A stretch of DNA of 63,800 bases, filler included, from Octopus bimaculoides (taxonomy: Eukaryota), in NCBI RefSeq assembly GCF_001194135.2. It is 8 parts of 7 records of this genome, joined end to end, with 100 filler letters (N's around TTAATTAATTAA, not from the genome) between each part and the next. Parts side by side here need not be neighbours in the genome. Positions count along the whole stretch, not along the records: positions 35,223 to 53,281 come from NC_068986.1; positions 53,382 to 60,053 come from NC_068993.1; 6 more parts are not named here. One strand, given 5' to 3'. Made by a program: the position numbers and the translations under genes. The stretch's first letter is position 1. Each line of letters begins with the position of its first letter. This document shows, one piece after another, positions 39,205 through 53,430 of the stretch. The notes below the pieces were generated by a model. That model was given only the letters and a program-made list of their open reading frames with translations. It was not told the DNA's origin and searched no databases.

Positions 39205-39425
39205 GGTAAAGGGGCGGTTTCCCGGTTTCCAAGGCGTGTAAATTCCCCACCTGGACCGGACGCCGGTCTGTGACAGGATTATTCATTTTTGCCAGCTGAG
39301 TGGACTGGAGGAATGTAAAATGAAGTGTTTTGCTCAAGAGCAAATGTGTTCCCAGTCTAGGAATCGAAATCACAATCTTATGATCATGTGGCCAACCTTC
39401 CTAACCACTAAGCCACACGACTTCA
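39205..39425 (-). mobile_element. tRNA-derived SINE, group A (short-tail subtype), inverted relative to 38755-39070
   Basis: The reverse complement shows gtggcttagtggttagg...tttcgattcc...cttgagcaaaacacttcattt...ccagtccactcagctggc. Same subtype at 10462-10710 and 42107-42352. Confidence 0.85.
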
Positions 39426-39779
39426 CTACACCATCTTAAAGGGTTTAGTTGTCGAATATGTCGATTCCATTGCTAATTCTATCGGATACGTTTTACCGAA
39501 CCAGTAATTTACGGAACCATAAACAAACCAACACCGGTTCTCAAGTAGATATAAACACAAAACACATCCACACACACACACACACACACACACNNNNNNN
39601 NNNNNNNNNNNNNNNNNNNNNNNNNNNNNNNNNNNNNNNNNNNNNNNNNNNNNNNNNNNNNNNNNNNNNNNNNNNNNNNNNNNNNNATATATATATATAC
39701 GATGGGCTTCCACACAGTTCCCGGCTACCAAACTTACTATCAAGGCATCGATGGACTGGGCATTATAGTAGAAGATACT

Positions 39780-39976
39780 AGAGCGCTGGACGAAATGCTT
39801 AGTGGTATTTCGCCCATCGCTACGTTCTGAGTTCAAATTCCGCCGAGGTCGATTTTGTCTTTCATCCTTTCTGGAGTGATGGATTAAATTCTAGTGAACA
39901 CTGGGGAGTCGATGTAATCGACTTGTCCCCTCCCGCAATGTGGCTGCCATTGCGACAAAATTTGAAACCATTTGTA
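39780..39976 (+). mobile_element. SINE group B (Nin/Deu-like central domain) nested in a group C copy, with an 11-bp TSD
   Basis: gttctgagttcaaattccgccgaggtcgattttgtctttcatcctttc...; TSD TAGAAGATACT at 39769-39779 and 39977-39987. The Nin/Deu assignment is from memory. Confidence 0.82.
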
Positions 39977-40552
39977 TAGAAGATACTTACCCAAGACACC
40001 GTGCATTGGAACTGAACCCGAAACCAAACAGTTGCCTACCGAGCGTCTTAACCACACAGCTAAGATTGCGCCTTTTTATAAACACTCTTATTTCCCATCA
40101 TACAGGCATAAATTTTATTATAACATATGTTCTATCTTTAATTTAAATTAAATATTAATCAAACTACAAATTTTATACATATTCCATGAAAGTAAATGAA
40201 GGCTGAATTTTCAAGTGAATGTTATTTAGGATTTTATAGCTAAATAAAATTTCATTTTTAACATAAGTTTTTGTCTAGATATTACGATAAAATAATTCAT
40301 TATTTAGTCTTTCATGCCAATTTTTCGTATTCCATACCGGTTTTTCGCTAGTTATCGGTATAATATTGGTTGCAACTTTAGACACTTTATTTCATTATTT
40401 CATTGTTTTCGTATAACATATAATCACTTGTATATTTCACTTCCTCATCCTCAACGCTCAGTTTTTATGAAATTTCATCTTCTATTAGACAGTGTTTCGT
40501 TTCTCTACCCATTAATCATATTTTCAACACGAATTCTCTCTCTGTCTCTCTG

Positions 40553-40620
<68 letters not shown>

Positions 40621-40684
40621 NNNNNNNNNNNNNNNNNNNNNNNNNNNNNNNNNNNNNNNNNNNNNNNNNNNNNNNNNNNNNNNN

Positions 40685-40770
<86 letters not shown>

Positions 40771-40885
40771 CGCTCGCTTACACTTGTTTCTTCTTCATTA
40801 TTAACATATATCAATAATTTCATTGCAGCCTTCTCAGCAAGTAATATTCATAAGTTGATTAGGCATGCATATTTACGTGTGTGTG

Positions 40886-40926
<41 letters not shown>

Positions 40927-41223
40927 ATGTATGTGTGCGTGTAATATGTACAACACACACACACACACACAAGCAAGCTAACACACACACATATTAGCAC
41001 AGGAGTCTATGCAATCTACTTAACTACTCCTGGGCAATAGTATAAAAAATTGTCCCCCTCTGCCCAGCTACATCAGCCGGTGTGGCAGAGTGAGATCATC
41101 AAACTAGTATGATATCAAAGTGAAATTCACGGCCTTCACATCAGACTGTCGTTGGTGAAGAAAACATGCTGGGGCTTTCGTCCTGCAGTGACTCAGCATA
41201 GGCAATCCAATCGTTTCCAATAT

Positions 41224-41344
41224 ATGCGAGGGGGTCTTGAAAAGTTCCTGGTTTTTGGATAGAAGAACATTCAGGAGCATCAGTTAATTATGATTTTATT
41301 CACCATATTGCCCTCTCAGATTCACACAGTAATTGCAGCGGTCC
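41224..41344 (-). mobile_element. Mariner right-end fragment (second family)
   Basis: TA(T)GCGAGGGGGTCTTGAAAAGTTCC TIR-like end; minus-strand DRCNYCVNLRGQYGE* resembles the mariner transposase C-terminus. Confidence 0.65.
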
Positions 41345-42106
41345 GTGTGTGTGTCTGTGTGTAAAATATAGACAAATACCAGTATAACAAGTGACATACA
41401 ACATGAATTCTTGGTTTATTTAAATGAGCTCTGCTTCTAGAGGATGTACCAAATCATAATAAAGAGCAGCTCTACTTCTGAAAGGAAGATAATCTCATGA
41501 TTTAAGGAATATAATCTCAAGACTAAGCTGGCATGTCACTAAGGAAAGGGACCGGCTCATTGTTTGGAGATAAGAAGACAAATGTGAAAACGTGTTTCCG
41601 ACTCAATAGCCTTCATCAAACATTCATTTGTCACCACAGGTAGCGGAACATTGAAGTCACTGACACCATGTTAAAAAGCGATCATGAATTCTGTTTCATG
41701 TACTGAGAGCTTTGTTCAGGTACTGTTTGCTTTTAATTTTGGGATATAATTACAAGCGTCTATGTTATAGTCTCACTGCCTTGCGAGTGCCTTGGAAAAG
41801 AAGAAAATGTTAAAGGAATCAACCTCGACAACAAATCCAATAGAAGAGACCCTCTGGAGGACCGGTGCCCTCTTCCGGCAACTCTGTGGTAGGTGGAGCT
41901 CACCAGCCCCGTAGTAGGTGGAGCTCACATAGGAAAAGGCCACTCTAAGTTAGAATCACCACAGCCGCAAGTCTAGAGAGTGGGATGAGAAAATGCGAAC
42001 TGGTTCCGACTTTAAAACTGCTAAGTGTTGGCAGGAAGAAAGGCCCAGCAGCATCAAGGACCGACATATATAGCCGCTTGAGAATTTGCTCCCCACTTCC
42101 TCTTGA

Positions 42107-42352
42107 TTAGTGGCGTAGTGGTTAGGCTTGTGGGCTTAGTGGTTAGGGTGTTGGACTCGTGATCATAAGATTTTGGTTTCGACTCCTGGACCAGGCGACT
42201 CGTTGTGTTCTTGAGCAAAACACTTTATTTCCCGTTGCTCCAGTCCACTCAGCGAAAATGAGTAATCCTGCAACGGACCGGTGACCCGTCCAGGTGGGGG
42301 AATATATACGTCATGGAAACCGGGAAACCAACCCTTGTCTGTCGGTATGACT
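42107..42352 (+). mobile_element. tRNA-derived SINE, group A, with a tandemly duplicated A-box head
   Basis: tagtggcgtagtggttagg is followed by gggcttagtggttagggtg, then B box gtttcgactcc and the group A core. Confidence 0.8.
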
Positions 42353-43036
42353 CGAGTTATTTTCCTCTTGATATTCGAACACCATGAAATTGCCATCGAG
42401 TTGATATAGGCGTCAGTGGATTTGAGTGCATTTAAAACATTTACCAAATATGCTTCCACTGTTGATCTACAAAGCCTCGACATTAGAAGACGAGTCGTTT
42501 TTACCTTCCTTCACAGACTACAGATTTACAAAAGGTTGCGCTAGCGACCTTCCGTAATAATAGCTTTACAGCAACCGTCACTTCAGTTTCCATTGCTATA
42601 ACCAGGAAGTCAGCAAGCCACCAAAGGCAAGACAGACACCTCATTCTACGTCTTTTTCGTAAAATTAATGGCAATTATTCTTCGAATAAATTACTATCTA
42701 ACAAACTACTGACATCTTCTATCGATAGTTATATTATCCGTATTACACCTTGGGTTACTCCACGCTTTCTAAACCAATATGCTAGCTGCATGCTTTCTTC
42801 CAGAAATCACTATCTCTATCTACCCTGACCTGAGATGGCACTTGATCTGAAATTTTAACTAGCATCCGGTACGGTGACATATCACCTTTGTCTTGAAATA
42901 ACTATTTAGATATTAGCATCGTTTTTGCCATCAACGAAGATTAATCTATTACGACGACATAATAAAGTGAGGTATATTCAATATATAACCATTCTACTTA
43001 TGTATATGTCTGCGTATATGTGCATATATATATATA

Positions 43037-43098
<62 letters not shown>

Positions 43099-45191
43099 TA
43101 TGAATATGTACATGTATGTATATGGACTATTATGTGAGTATAATCACATGCAGAAGTATGCGTCTGTATATTTGTGTACGTATGTGTGCCCCAGTGTATA
43201 TATAATATACTAATCTGTGTGCATATACATATACATATGTATCATGTGTTTATATATGTATTTGTATGCATGCTTCTACATTTAAATGTATATGTATATG
43301 TAGATGTATATGTATATATGCATATATATACGTATNNNNNNNNNNNNNNNNNNNNNNNNNNNNNNNNNNNNNNNNNNNNNNNNNNNNNNNNNNNNNNNNN
43401 NNNNNNNNNNNNNNNNNNNNNNNNNNNNNNNNNNNNNNNNNNNNNNNNNNNNNNNNNNNNNNNNNNNNNNNNNNNNNNNNNNNNNNNNNNNNNNNNNNNN
43501 NNNNNNNNNNNNNNNNNNNNNNNNNNNNNNNNNNNNNNNNNNNNNNNNAATGCATATATTCATATGTATACATATAGCATATATATCACGATAGAGAGAG
43601 AGGAAGAGAAAAGGACAGAGAGAGAAAGAAGGGGAAACATGAACAAGAGCCGCGAACACACTTTAAAGAATATTATAATTGATGAAGTCTCATAAATAAT
43701 TTATTAACCGCTAATATGTAATAGTTTGGATTTCAATTTCAGTGACCACTTGTATATAGGTGTTTCTGTATATAGCATACAAATATATGTTGTGTGTATG
43801 TGAGCGTTTATGTGTGTATGTATATGTGTACATTTAGTACACAATGGTTATTGATATATGTGTGTCTTTGTGTGTGTATGTGTGTATGTGTGTATGTGTG
43901 TGTGCGTGTTTGTACGTGTGCATATAGATATGCATGCAAAATCCTTACATAAAATGCACATCTACAAAACTTGCATGTATACATGCATGTACGTGTGTGC
44001 GCGCGCGCGTGTGTGTGTATTCGCATATTGTGCTTAATCTCTCCGCCTTTCCTCGCTTTCACTCGTCATTTTTCTTTTTCAATCTCTCTACTTTTCTTTC
44101 TGTCATTCTTTTTCTCTTTCTTCCTTCAAGCCCTTCTCCCTCTTTCCGTCTTTCTTTCTGTCTTCCTTTATGTCTTTCCTTCTTTTTCCTTCTGTCTTTT
44201 CTTTTTCTTCTTTTCTTTCCATCTTTCTTTCTTTCCTCCTTTCTCCTTTGCTTTTGTTTTGAGTTAATTAGCAGTATTTCGTCTGGGTGTCCTATATTGT
44301 TGATTTTAATCGAGTAAAACTATGTAGAAGAGAATGTGGCGTCCCCTATCGGCGGTACCCTCAAATCAAGATAGATAATCGTTTCTTCATATCTGGATAG
44401 ATTAGAAGTTTGAATTTGGTAATAAGGAAAAAGACGCACAGACTACGTATAATTATCATGCAGTCGATGTTTACTGATTACCAATTCTTGAAATTTCTAG
44501 TCAGTGCGAATCATGTATAACATTATTTCATTCTGTTTAGAAGTCACCAGGATAACCTTATCTTTATTTATTTGTTTCTTCGTTCTCTTTCATTAAAGAG
44601 CATTTATAGATTAGTAATTGAAGAAGAAAAAAAAAATAACGTCAGCATTTTCAGAGAAATTGTTAAATGTAAACTTTGAAAAAGAAAAGCAATTATTTAA
44701 TTCCTCGTGTTATTTTGCTCGTTTGGTGCTGGAATGTCCTTAATTTCTAAAAGGAAGCACGCGTAAATTAATTAAACGTTTCTAGTGTTTCAAATACTTT
44801 CCTCGAAGTATCTTAGGGCAACAAACTTGTTTCTACAGACACTCAACAGGAAACAGAGTACGAGTTCAATTGTTCGTCAGAATACATTTATTTCTTACGA
44901 AAGTAAATATTGAAATTCTAACAGAAAAAAATCTACCGTCATTTTGAACAATTTAAGCAACACGTATAACAGTAAAAAGAATTTCAAGGCGCACGTATTT
45001 TGCTCTAAATATATAAGTTAATGATATAAATATATGTGCTTTTAAACACAAGTCCATATGCGAGTTTCTCTCTTGGTAAATGACTCGGTATTAAGTGTTC
45101 TAACAAAACATCCACGTTAAGTTGGACATAACGATTGCCAGTATATATATATCTACATACATTTATGTTGTTGTTATTATTGTTGTTGTTT

Positions 45192-45228
<37 letters not shown>

Positions 45229-45229
45229 A

Positions 45230-45946
45230 TTAAAATTAACAGCTTATATTGCTGGGTATGATGGAAAGTGTCAGCAGTCCAGAGCCAGCAGTCTAAGGTG
45301 ACACTTGTTTTACTGGTCACGCTTCAAGAACCCTGTGAAGAAGTCTTGCAGTTCCAAACAATGCTGAGTTTTGTTGGTGTTCTACCTTCACACTTGTACC
45401 AGTCTTTTTCAGCCGTGTCGGTGTTTGACTACTGATACTTCCAAGTGCACCAATTACTATTGGTATCACGTCCACTCTCTTCATTGACCACAGCCTTCGT
45501 ATTTCCTACGTTAAATCGTCATAGTTATTTATTTTTATTTTTCTTTCACATTGATCCTGTTGTCAGCGGAGCATACTATGTCAATTATCATACATGTTCT
45601 TTGTTCTTATTCACCACAACAATGTCCGTTTTCCGATGTCTGGTCAGGTAATCAAACTGGATCATTGCATCTCATAGGATTTTGCAATTCTCATTTTCGT
45701 TACTCCTTCTGCATTTTGCTGATACCAGCTCTTTGCTCCTTGTAGGCCGTGATTTCCGCAGAGTTCCCAATGGGTCATTCTTGCCACATTGTCATAGTGT
45801 CTTTTGTATTCGAGTTGCGCCAATTTCGGGCATTCGCTAACGATGTGCCATACCGTTTCACTCCTCTCACCACACATTCTGAATTTGTCGCTATCAGTTG
45901 TCTATTCTGCACTGCATATTATTGGTCCTTCAAGCTTATTCCTGAG
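45230..45946 (-). mobile_element. R4/Dong-like non-LTR retrotransposon 3' fragment (CCHC knuckle + restriction-like endonuclease)
   Basis: Minus strand: CGERSETVWHIVSECPKLAQLEYKRH.DNVARM.HWELC, KTDIVVVNK, IIDIVCSADNRINVKE, VIPIVIGALGSI, ALFGTARLLHRVLEA* (stop 45317-45319). (CAA)n tail at ~45170-45228. Confidence 0.85.
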
Positions 45947-45981
45947 AATATTATTATTATTATCATCATCATCATCATCAA

Positions 45982-46014
<33 letters not shown>

Positions 46015-46121
46015 TATTATTATTATTATTATTATTATCATTATTCTATCCAGCAACTTCTGTTGTGGCTACATGGAATTGATTGTGTTGTGATTACATG
46101 GAATTGACTACATGGAATTGA

Positions 46122-46171
46122 CTGCAGGTAGCAAGCGTGTTACACATGTGTAACACGCTTGCTACCTGCAG
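46122..46171. repeat. Perfect 50-bp spacerless palindrome
   Basis: CTGCAGGTAGCAAGCGTGTTACACA|TGTGTAACACGCTTGCTACCTGCAG. Confidence 0.97.
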
Positions 46172-46199
46172 CCTACGGTAACATGTTATCCATTCTTTT

Positions 46200-46860
46200 C
46201 AGCTGGCAGTTCTACCGAGGGGCGCTGCTTGTTCGAGATAAACCCTGCAGGCACGGAAGGGCCTTCGAACGGGCCAGCCCGAGGTGTGCGCAGAACGATG
46301 AGACCATTCTACACGCCCTCGTCCAGTGTCCGAATATTGCTGACCTGTGGGTTTATGTCGAACACCTACTGTCGTATGTAGGACGGATCCGGCTATCAGC
46401 TGAATCTATAGTGAAGATTGCCTCGCTACCCTCCTTTGGCAGGGAAGGGCAGGCAGTTTTATTTGTCTGATGGCTGTAGCGAAAGAGGTAGTATGGTGGT
46501 CTCGTCTGAAATGGCTAAAGTCAGACACTTTCCTCTTTGGCCAAGCCTTCTAGTAAGTTTCTTGAAAGGTGGGTGAATATTGGAAGAATGGCCAGTGTGA
46601 AAGGACCAATTCTGTAAAAAAAGGAATTAAAGCAGGCCTTTTTCCCTGTTGATCAGGCACCCGTGGCTTTTGCGGGTTTTTTCCACAAGGACCTTAAAGC
46701 GCCTCCCCTATTGGGAGCTTTAATTTTTTTTAGATTTTTTAATTGTCATATATTGTTTACACGCCGTAAAACCCATTGTATTGTTTTCTGTTGTCTTTTG
46801 TGTCTGTGTCATGTTATTTAATGTTATTGTATGTGAGCCCTTATGGCTAATAAAAGAATT
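46200..46860 (+). mobile_element. Tx1/L1-like LINE 3' fragment (zf-RVT C-terminus, 3'UTR, poly(A) signal)
   Basis: WQFYRGALLVRDK...PRCAQNDETILHALVQCPNIADLW, then frameshifted CLMAVAKEVVWWSRLK and RWVNIGRMAS. AATAAA at 46849-46854 followed by an (ATT)n tail. Confidence 0.82.
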
Positions 46861-47129
46861 TACTATTATTATTATTATTATTATTATCATTATTATTATT
46901 ATTATTATTAAATTTTTTATTATATTTATCAGTCAAATTTCTTGAAAGTGTTATTTATTCTTTCTACTATAGGCACAAGGTCTGAAACTATACCCGTGGG
47001 TCATCAACTGGTAGCTATTATACCCACACTGAAAAGATGAATGTTTCATTTGAGTCTCAAATGACTTGTGTCTTCGATTTCATTCCATAGCAAAAATATT
47101 GATACCGTTAGGTTGCTTGCCTACCCTCC

Positions 47130-47385
47130 ATGTGATGTACCACTCCAAATGTGATGACCTTTCTGTTAGTCTCCAGTCAGATAGACGTAATGCTGCCCCA
47201 AATCTTTGATCATGCGCTTAGGATCAATTCAGACGGTTATCTGGAGCTTTTTAAGAATATGGTCTAACTCTGACTGGAGAAGGTTGCTGATGGGGAAAGC
47301 CGTATGTGTGGCAGAACGATGCGGCTCCTTGCCATGAGTCCGAAAAGAGTGAGGTAAATCTTTCCCAATATTCAGATGGCTTCCA
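47130..47385 (+). mobile_element. Tc1/mariner (Tc3/maT-like) DDE transposase fragment, homologous to 30875-31096
   Basis: VSSQIDVMLPQIFDHALRINSDGYLEL...LEKVADG/KPYVWQNDAAPCHES, with stops and a frameshift. Confidence 0.78.
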
Positions 47386-48068
47386 ATCCTCCATGTCAAT
47401 CAACCTATCCGCAACGACAAATTTAATCTTGATACTCTCCAACGAGGGTGGCTACTTTGTGTAAACTGTTTTCTCCCAGCTATAATTTTATTATTTTTCT
47501 GATTTAAAAAAAGAATACTTTTACTTTTAGGTGGGAAACGGTGTTATCTTTCCCTTTTCTGCAAACTGTCAAATTTAGCCCGATCACCCTGTAGACAATT
47601 GCAGAGAAACGTTATAGAAAAGAATATTATCTATATGTGCACAGAATCGGTAAATCACAGAACAAAAAACAAAATAACATTATATTTGATTACCGCATTT
47701 TATCATAGAGTACCAGGGTCGATATCATCGACGAAACTCCTGAAATACCCCGACATTGCCGCAGTCCAGTAACAGAAAGGAATAAACGAATGGACAAATG
47801 AAAGGAATAGTATTTTCATAAGCTTGCAATCATTCAAATAAGAAAACAGTTTAAAATAAATAATTACAAGACAATAATATATAAATGTCTGCGATTTGTA
47901 TAGTCAGGATTTTGATGTATAGGTTTCAAATATGAGTCTAGTTACGTAAAATGAATTATTATATTATATGTATTGCACATACTAATATAAAACACTAAAA
48001 TAAATGAAGCTGTAATAAATATGTCTACGCGCGCGTGGGTGTGTATCTATGCATGTATGTATTATGTA

Positions 48069-48121
<53 letters not shown>

Positions 48122-49107
48122 CGTATATATACACAGAAACATTCATATATACATATAACTACCTACTCACAACCAAATATATTAGCGTATATGTACGTGC
48201 ATATTTGCCACAGCGTGTCTGTGACTGAGTATGTCTCTCTGTCTGCACACACACTCATGCACACACACACACATTAAATATAAATCTGAGTGTGCAAATA
48301 TGCATACATATATATACCTGCATACATATGTGCAGATTTAAATGCAAGTATTTAAACATACATATGTACAAATACGCACCCCTTCTCACACGCGCACACG
48401 CACAAGGGTATATGAAGATGGCAGTTAACAAACGAAATAAAAATCCAAACGACGGCAGTTAAACAATTGCAAGGTATATCATCAGAAGCAGTAAAACAAA
48501 ACAAATAGAGACACACATACGCATATATAATGATATATAAACGAGAAGACAAAAGCAAAGCAAAACTAGGGAGTGGATGGAAAAACAATAGCAAAATAAA
48601 AAATACAATGACAACAATAAATACTACAATACTAATGACATTAAGATGGAATACAATGTAAAAAAAAATAATAAATAGAGAGATAGAGAGAGTGAGAAAT
48701 TACAAAGTCAATAACTAGAGATATCTTTGATGTCAATATAATATGAACATAAGTCTTTTCCTGTTCTCCTCATATGAAGACACGAAATTATCATTCGTCT
48801 TACAGGTTTATGGAAAATTTTCTAGATGTTCATGCAGAACTTAATGCATCATTTATGTCTAATATGGAGATGTGTTTCATATATATATATGTGTGTGCGT
48901 GTGTGTATGTGTTTGTATGTATGTATATATTACATGTATGTGTGCATATATACTTATGTATATATTTATACGTACAAGCATATGTATGTATTTGTCACTA
49001 TACATATATCTGTAAGTGTGTGTGCGCGTGTGTGCGTGAGTGTATGTTCGTGTGTGTATGTGTGTGTTTATATATCTACATATGAAATATCAACACACAT
49101 TTATGTG

Positions 49108-49140
<33 letters not shown>

Positions 49141-50481
49141 NNNNNNNNNNNNNNNNNNNNNNNNNNNNNNNNNNNNNNNNNNNNNNNNNNNNNNNNNNNN
49201 NNNNNNNNNNNNNNNNNNNNNNNNNNNNNNNNNNNNNNNNNNNNNNNNNNNNNNNNNNNNNNNNNNNNNNNNNNNNNNNNNNNNNNNNNNNNNNNNNNNN
49301 NNNNNNNNNNNNNNNNNNNNNNNNNNNNNNNNNNNNNNNNNNNNNNNNNNNNNNNNNNNNNNNNNNNNNNNNNNNNNNNNNNNNNNNNNNNNNNNNNNNN
49401 NNNNNNNNNNNNNNNNNNNNNNNNNNNNNNNNNNNNNNNNNNNNNNNNNNNNNNNNNNNNNNNNNNNNNNNNNNNNNNNNNNNNNNNNNNNNNNNNNNNN
49501 NNNNNNNNNNNNNNNNNNNNNNNNNNNNNNNNNNNNNNNNNNNNNNNNNNNNNNNNNNNNNNNNNNNNNNNNNNNNNNNNNNNNNNNNNNNNNNNNATAT
49601 ACATATCCATACGTGCATACACTCACATACATATATATATATACATACATACACACATACATACATACATACATACATATATACATATACATATATATAT
49701 ATATATGTATATACAAACATGCATATGTATATATTATATGTCTGTGAGAAAACTTGCATATACTATTATAAATTACATATATATCGTAATAATACACACA
49801 CATACATTCATACTTTCATACAGTCATGCAATTATATGTATCTTAATGATGCACATACATGCATACATACGTACGTACATACATACATACATACACACAT
49901 ACATACATACATACATACTTACATACATACATATAAATCTAAACACATCTATGCATACATGTAAAAACACAAACATACACATATCTAGACGTAGAAACAC
50001 ACAAACGTTATAGAGATTCTCTTGCGCAATCATGCACATTGTTCTTTTTCTATATATTTATTGCAACGAAAGCAAAGTTCGGTGATTGCATATCTAGAAA
50101 ATGATTCCTTAGCTCATAAATCAGGTATAAATTATTGGACAACTCCATTCCATTCCCACCGTACTCAATGGGTTAATCTGACAACACACAAACACACACC
50201 AGAATAAAAACGCACTCATCTATACGTGTATGCACACATACACACGTATAAACATGCACTACAACCACACACACAAACAGACGTGCATCCGTTCACGTGT
50301 ACACACACCTTGGTACAATGATACACGCGCTTAGGCGCACTCAGTCATACACACGAATAAACATACACAAGTGGAAACGTGCACACGCACACGCATGCAC
50401 TAATATGCAAATTCTTTGGATGAGTGCATGCACACTTTCGTATACGCATTCATACATTATCCGTACACACATAATAACAAT

Positions 50482-50531
<50 letters not shown>

Positions 50532-50789
50532 TAATAACACCTGTATAATTATCGTCGTCATCATTATCGTCAGTTTCGGCGCCTTTGTCGTCGTCATCAT
50601 CACCATCGTCATCCTCTCCGTCGTCGTTTCACCATCCAACTCTTATTCCTCCTCTTCCCCCTCATCCACTTCGTCATCGTTATAAACATCATCAGCATAA
50701 TCATCGTCGTCATCGTCGTCACCGTCATCATAATCGTCGTCGTCGTCATCATCATCATCATCATAACCATCATCGTCGTTGTCGACCTT

Positions 50790-50827
<38 letters not shown>

Positions 50828-51491
50828 TAACAACACCGTCACCAACAGCACCACAAGAGCAACAACGATTATTATCTACGCCACAATCAATACCAATTTC
50901 ATTGCAGCATTCAAGAACTAAGGTGACCATATCAAAACCATCGGCACCGCAACTACCACTGACATCGAGGGCTTCAACTTCAACCTGCTTGAAATATCAG
51001 CCAATCCATCCTTAAACTACCCCCGCACCCAACATCGTAAATTGATGATGTGGTCCTATGAACGGTGCTGAATGGTCTTGGTTGCAATGCTTTTGATCAT
51101 AGTTCTCCTCTCCATTGATAACCTGGGGCTAAACAACGCCACCTTCATTATCGAGCCATTGCAGAAGACCACGAGGAACCGCAGGAAACAACAGTAAATT
51201 ACAAGAGACAACAGCTTAACACTCAAGAATTACTCTGGAAGTCCATTTCATATCTCTTCAAAGACTAGGAAGGACAAACGGGATACTGTATTGCTATGTC
51301 TTTTATCCTTTATCTTTTATTTGTTTTTGTCATTAGTCTGCGGCCATGCTGGAGCGCCGCCTTCAAGAATTTTTCTTCGTAGGAATCGACCACTGTACAT
51401 ATATATTTTTTAAAGTCTGGTACTTCTTGTATCGGACCCTTCTCCCGAACTGCTATGTTACGGAGATGTAAATACACCAGCACCAGTTGTC

Positions 51492-51494
<3 letters not shown>

Positions 51495-51554
<60 letters not shown>

Positions 51555-51587
51555 CAGATACATAGATAGATAGATAGATAGATAGAG

Positions 51588-51627
<40 letters not shown>

Positions 51628-51628
51628 T
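51495..51628. repeat. (GATA)n microsatellite; others at 5910-5962, 18255-18328, 23760-23832, 30419-30470 and 34205-34265
   Basis: Direct reading. Confidence 0.95.
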
Positions 51629-53381
51629 ATATCACACCTTGATATTGTGTGAACTGAGGTCCCCGTTGACAGGCCGGTGGTATTTATTAAGTATGAAACA
51701 CTTTCAATACGCAACTTATGGACTCTTTCATAGAGTAACTACTGCATTTGTTGTGTATATAAACAGTTTGGTTGCTTGTTTCTCTGGAATCCAATAAGGT
51801 TCAAAAATCAATTAAGACTATTCATCATTTTTTTCAATCTGCGGAGAAATGGCTAAAATTTGCCCTGTTTATAATTATATCATATGTTATAAATAAATAT
51901 ATGTGTGTGTGTGCATGTGTGGTGTGTGTGTGTGTGCATGTGTGGTGTGTGTGTGTGTGTGTGTGTGTNNNNNNNNNNNNNNNNNNNNNNNNNNNNNNNN
52001 NNNNNNNNNNNNNNNNNNNNNNNNNNNNNNNNNNNNNNNNNNNNNNNNNNNNNNNNNNNNNNNNNNNNNNNNNNNNNNNNNNNNNNNNNNNNNNNNNNNN
52101 NNNNNNNNNNNNNNNNNNNNNNNNNNNNNNNNNNNNNNNNNNNNNNNNNNNNNNNNNNNNNNNNNNNNNNNNNNNNNNNNNNNNNNNNNNNNNNNNNNNN
52201 NNNNNNNNNNNNNNNNNNNNNNNNNNNNNNNNNNNNNNNNNNNNNNNNNNNNNNNNNNNNNNNNNNNNNNNNNNNNNNNNNNNATATATATATATATATA
52301 GAGCAATAAGAAAATGGAGGAGAATATGAGGTACTCATCAACTTGCAGACACTATATTCCGTTGATTAATCTGTTTATTTTATAACCAAAAATAACAATA
52401 AAGACAATATGCAGACACTTATGACATACCATGTCATATCAACAATTAAGATTTCAAATTTAAAGGACATTTAGCAATTGGAGAAGGGACAAAATATTAC
52501 AGCTGTTTCGGCCTAGCGTTGGCATGCCCCATTCTATCTCTATAACTCCCGTACGCTGGAGTAATTAGTAGATGAAAATGATGTAATGGGGGCCTCTTCA
52601 GAGATTTAAAAAAGTCAATACATGAATTTTGCCAAATTTTAATATATACGATGGGCTTTTCCGGTTCCCATAATCAAATCCATTTACAAGGCTTTGGTCG
52701 ACTCGAGGCTATAGTAGAAGACATTTGCCCAGGGAGCCACAACGTGGGACTGCACCCAGAACCATGTGACCGGGAAGCAAACCTCTTACCACACAGCCAC
52801 GTCTGTGCCTATAATATAATATAATTGCAAATAAAATAATATTACATCAAATATAGGATAACTAGTGCTGCCTTTATATACAATAAACGTCAACGGTACT
52901 AACACTATCGCCACCCCCATCTGAGTCCGACACCATCCGCCACCATCTCCAGCATTGTCTCCACCAACAAACGTTAACTCCATCTTCATTATCAATTGCA
53001 ATACCAACGACACAGACGTCATCAACGCATCACTAACATCCTCCATCGTCACGATGAGGACATCGCTTTCCTCATCATGACCACCACCACTACTACCTTA
53101 TCAAGCATCACCGTTATCATCGTCATCACCGTCGACATTATAAATGCATCGTCACCACCCTCACCATCGTAATCCGTTTCGTCACCACTGACATCAACGC
53201 AAGTGATGTCTCCACCATGACTATGAATCCATTACTATCTTCACCACCACCACCACCACCACAAATACCATTACCACCATCNNNNNNNNNNNNNNNNNNN
53301 NNNNNNNNNNNNNNNNNNNNNNNNNTTAATTAATTAANNNNNNNNNNNNNNNNNNNNNNNNNNNNNNNNNNNNNNNNNNNN

Positions 53382-53423
<42 letters not shown>

Positions 53424-53430
<7 letters not shown>

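Noticed and set aside
42487-42828. 113-codon stop-free plus frame after an acceptor-like CAG
   Set aside because: No recognisable motif, not PC1/3-like, no donor; a few such frames are expected by chance in this much sequence.
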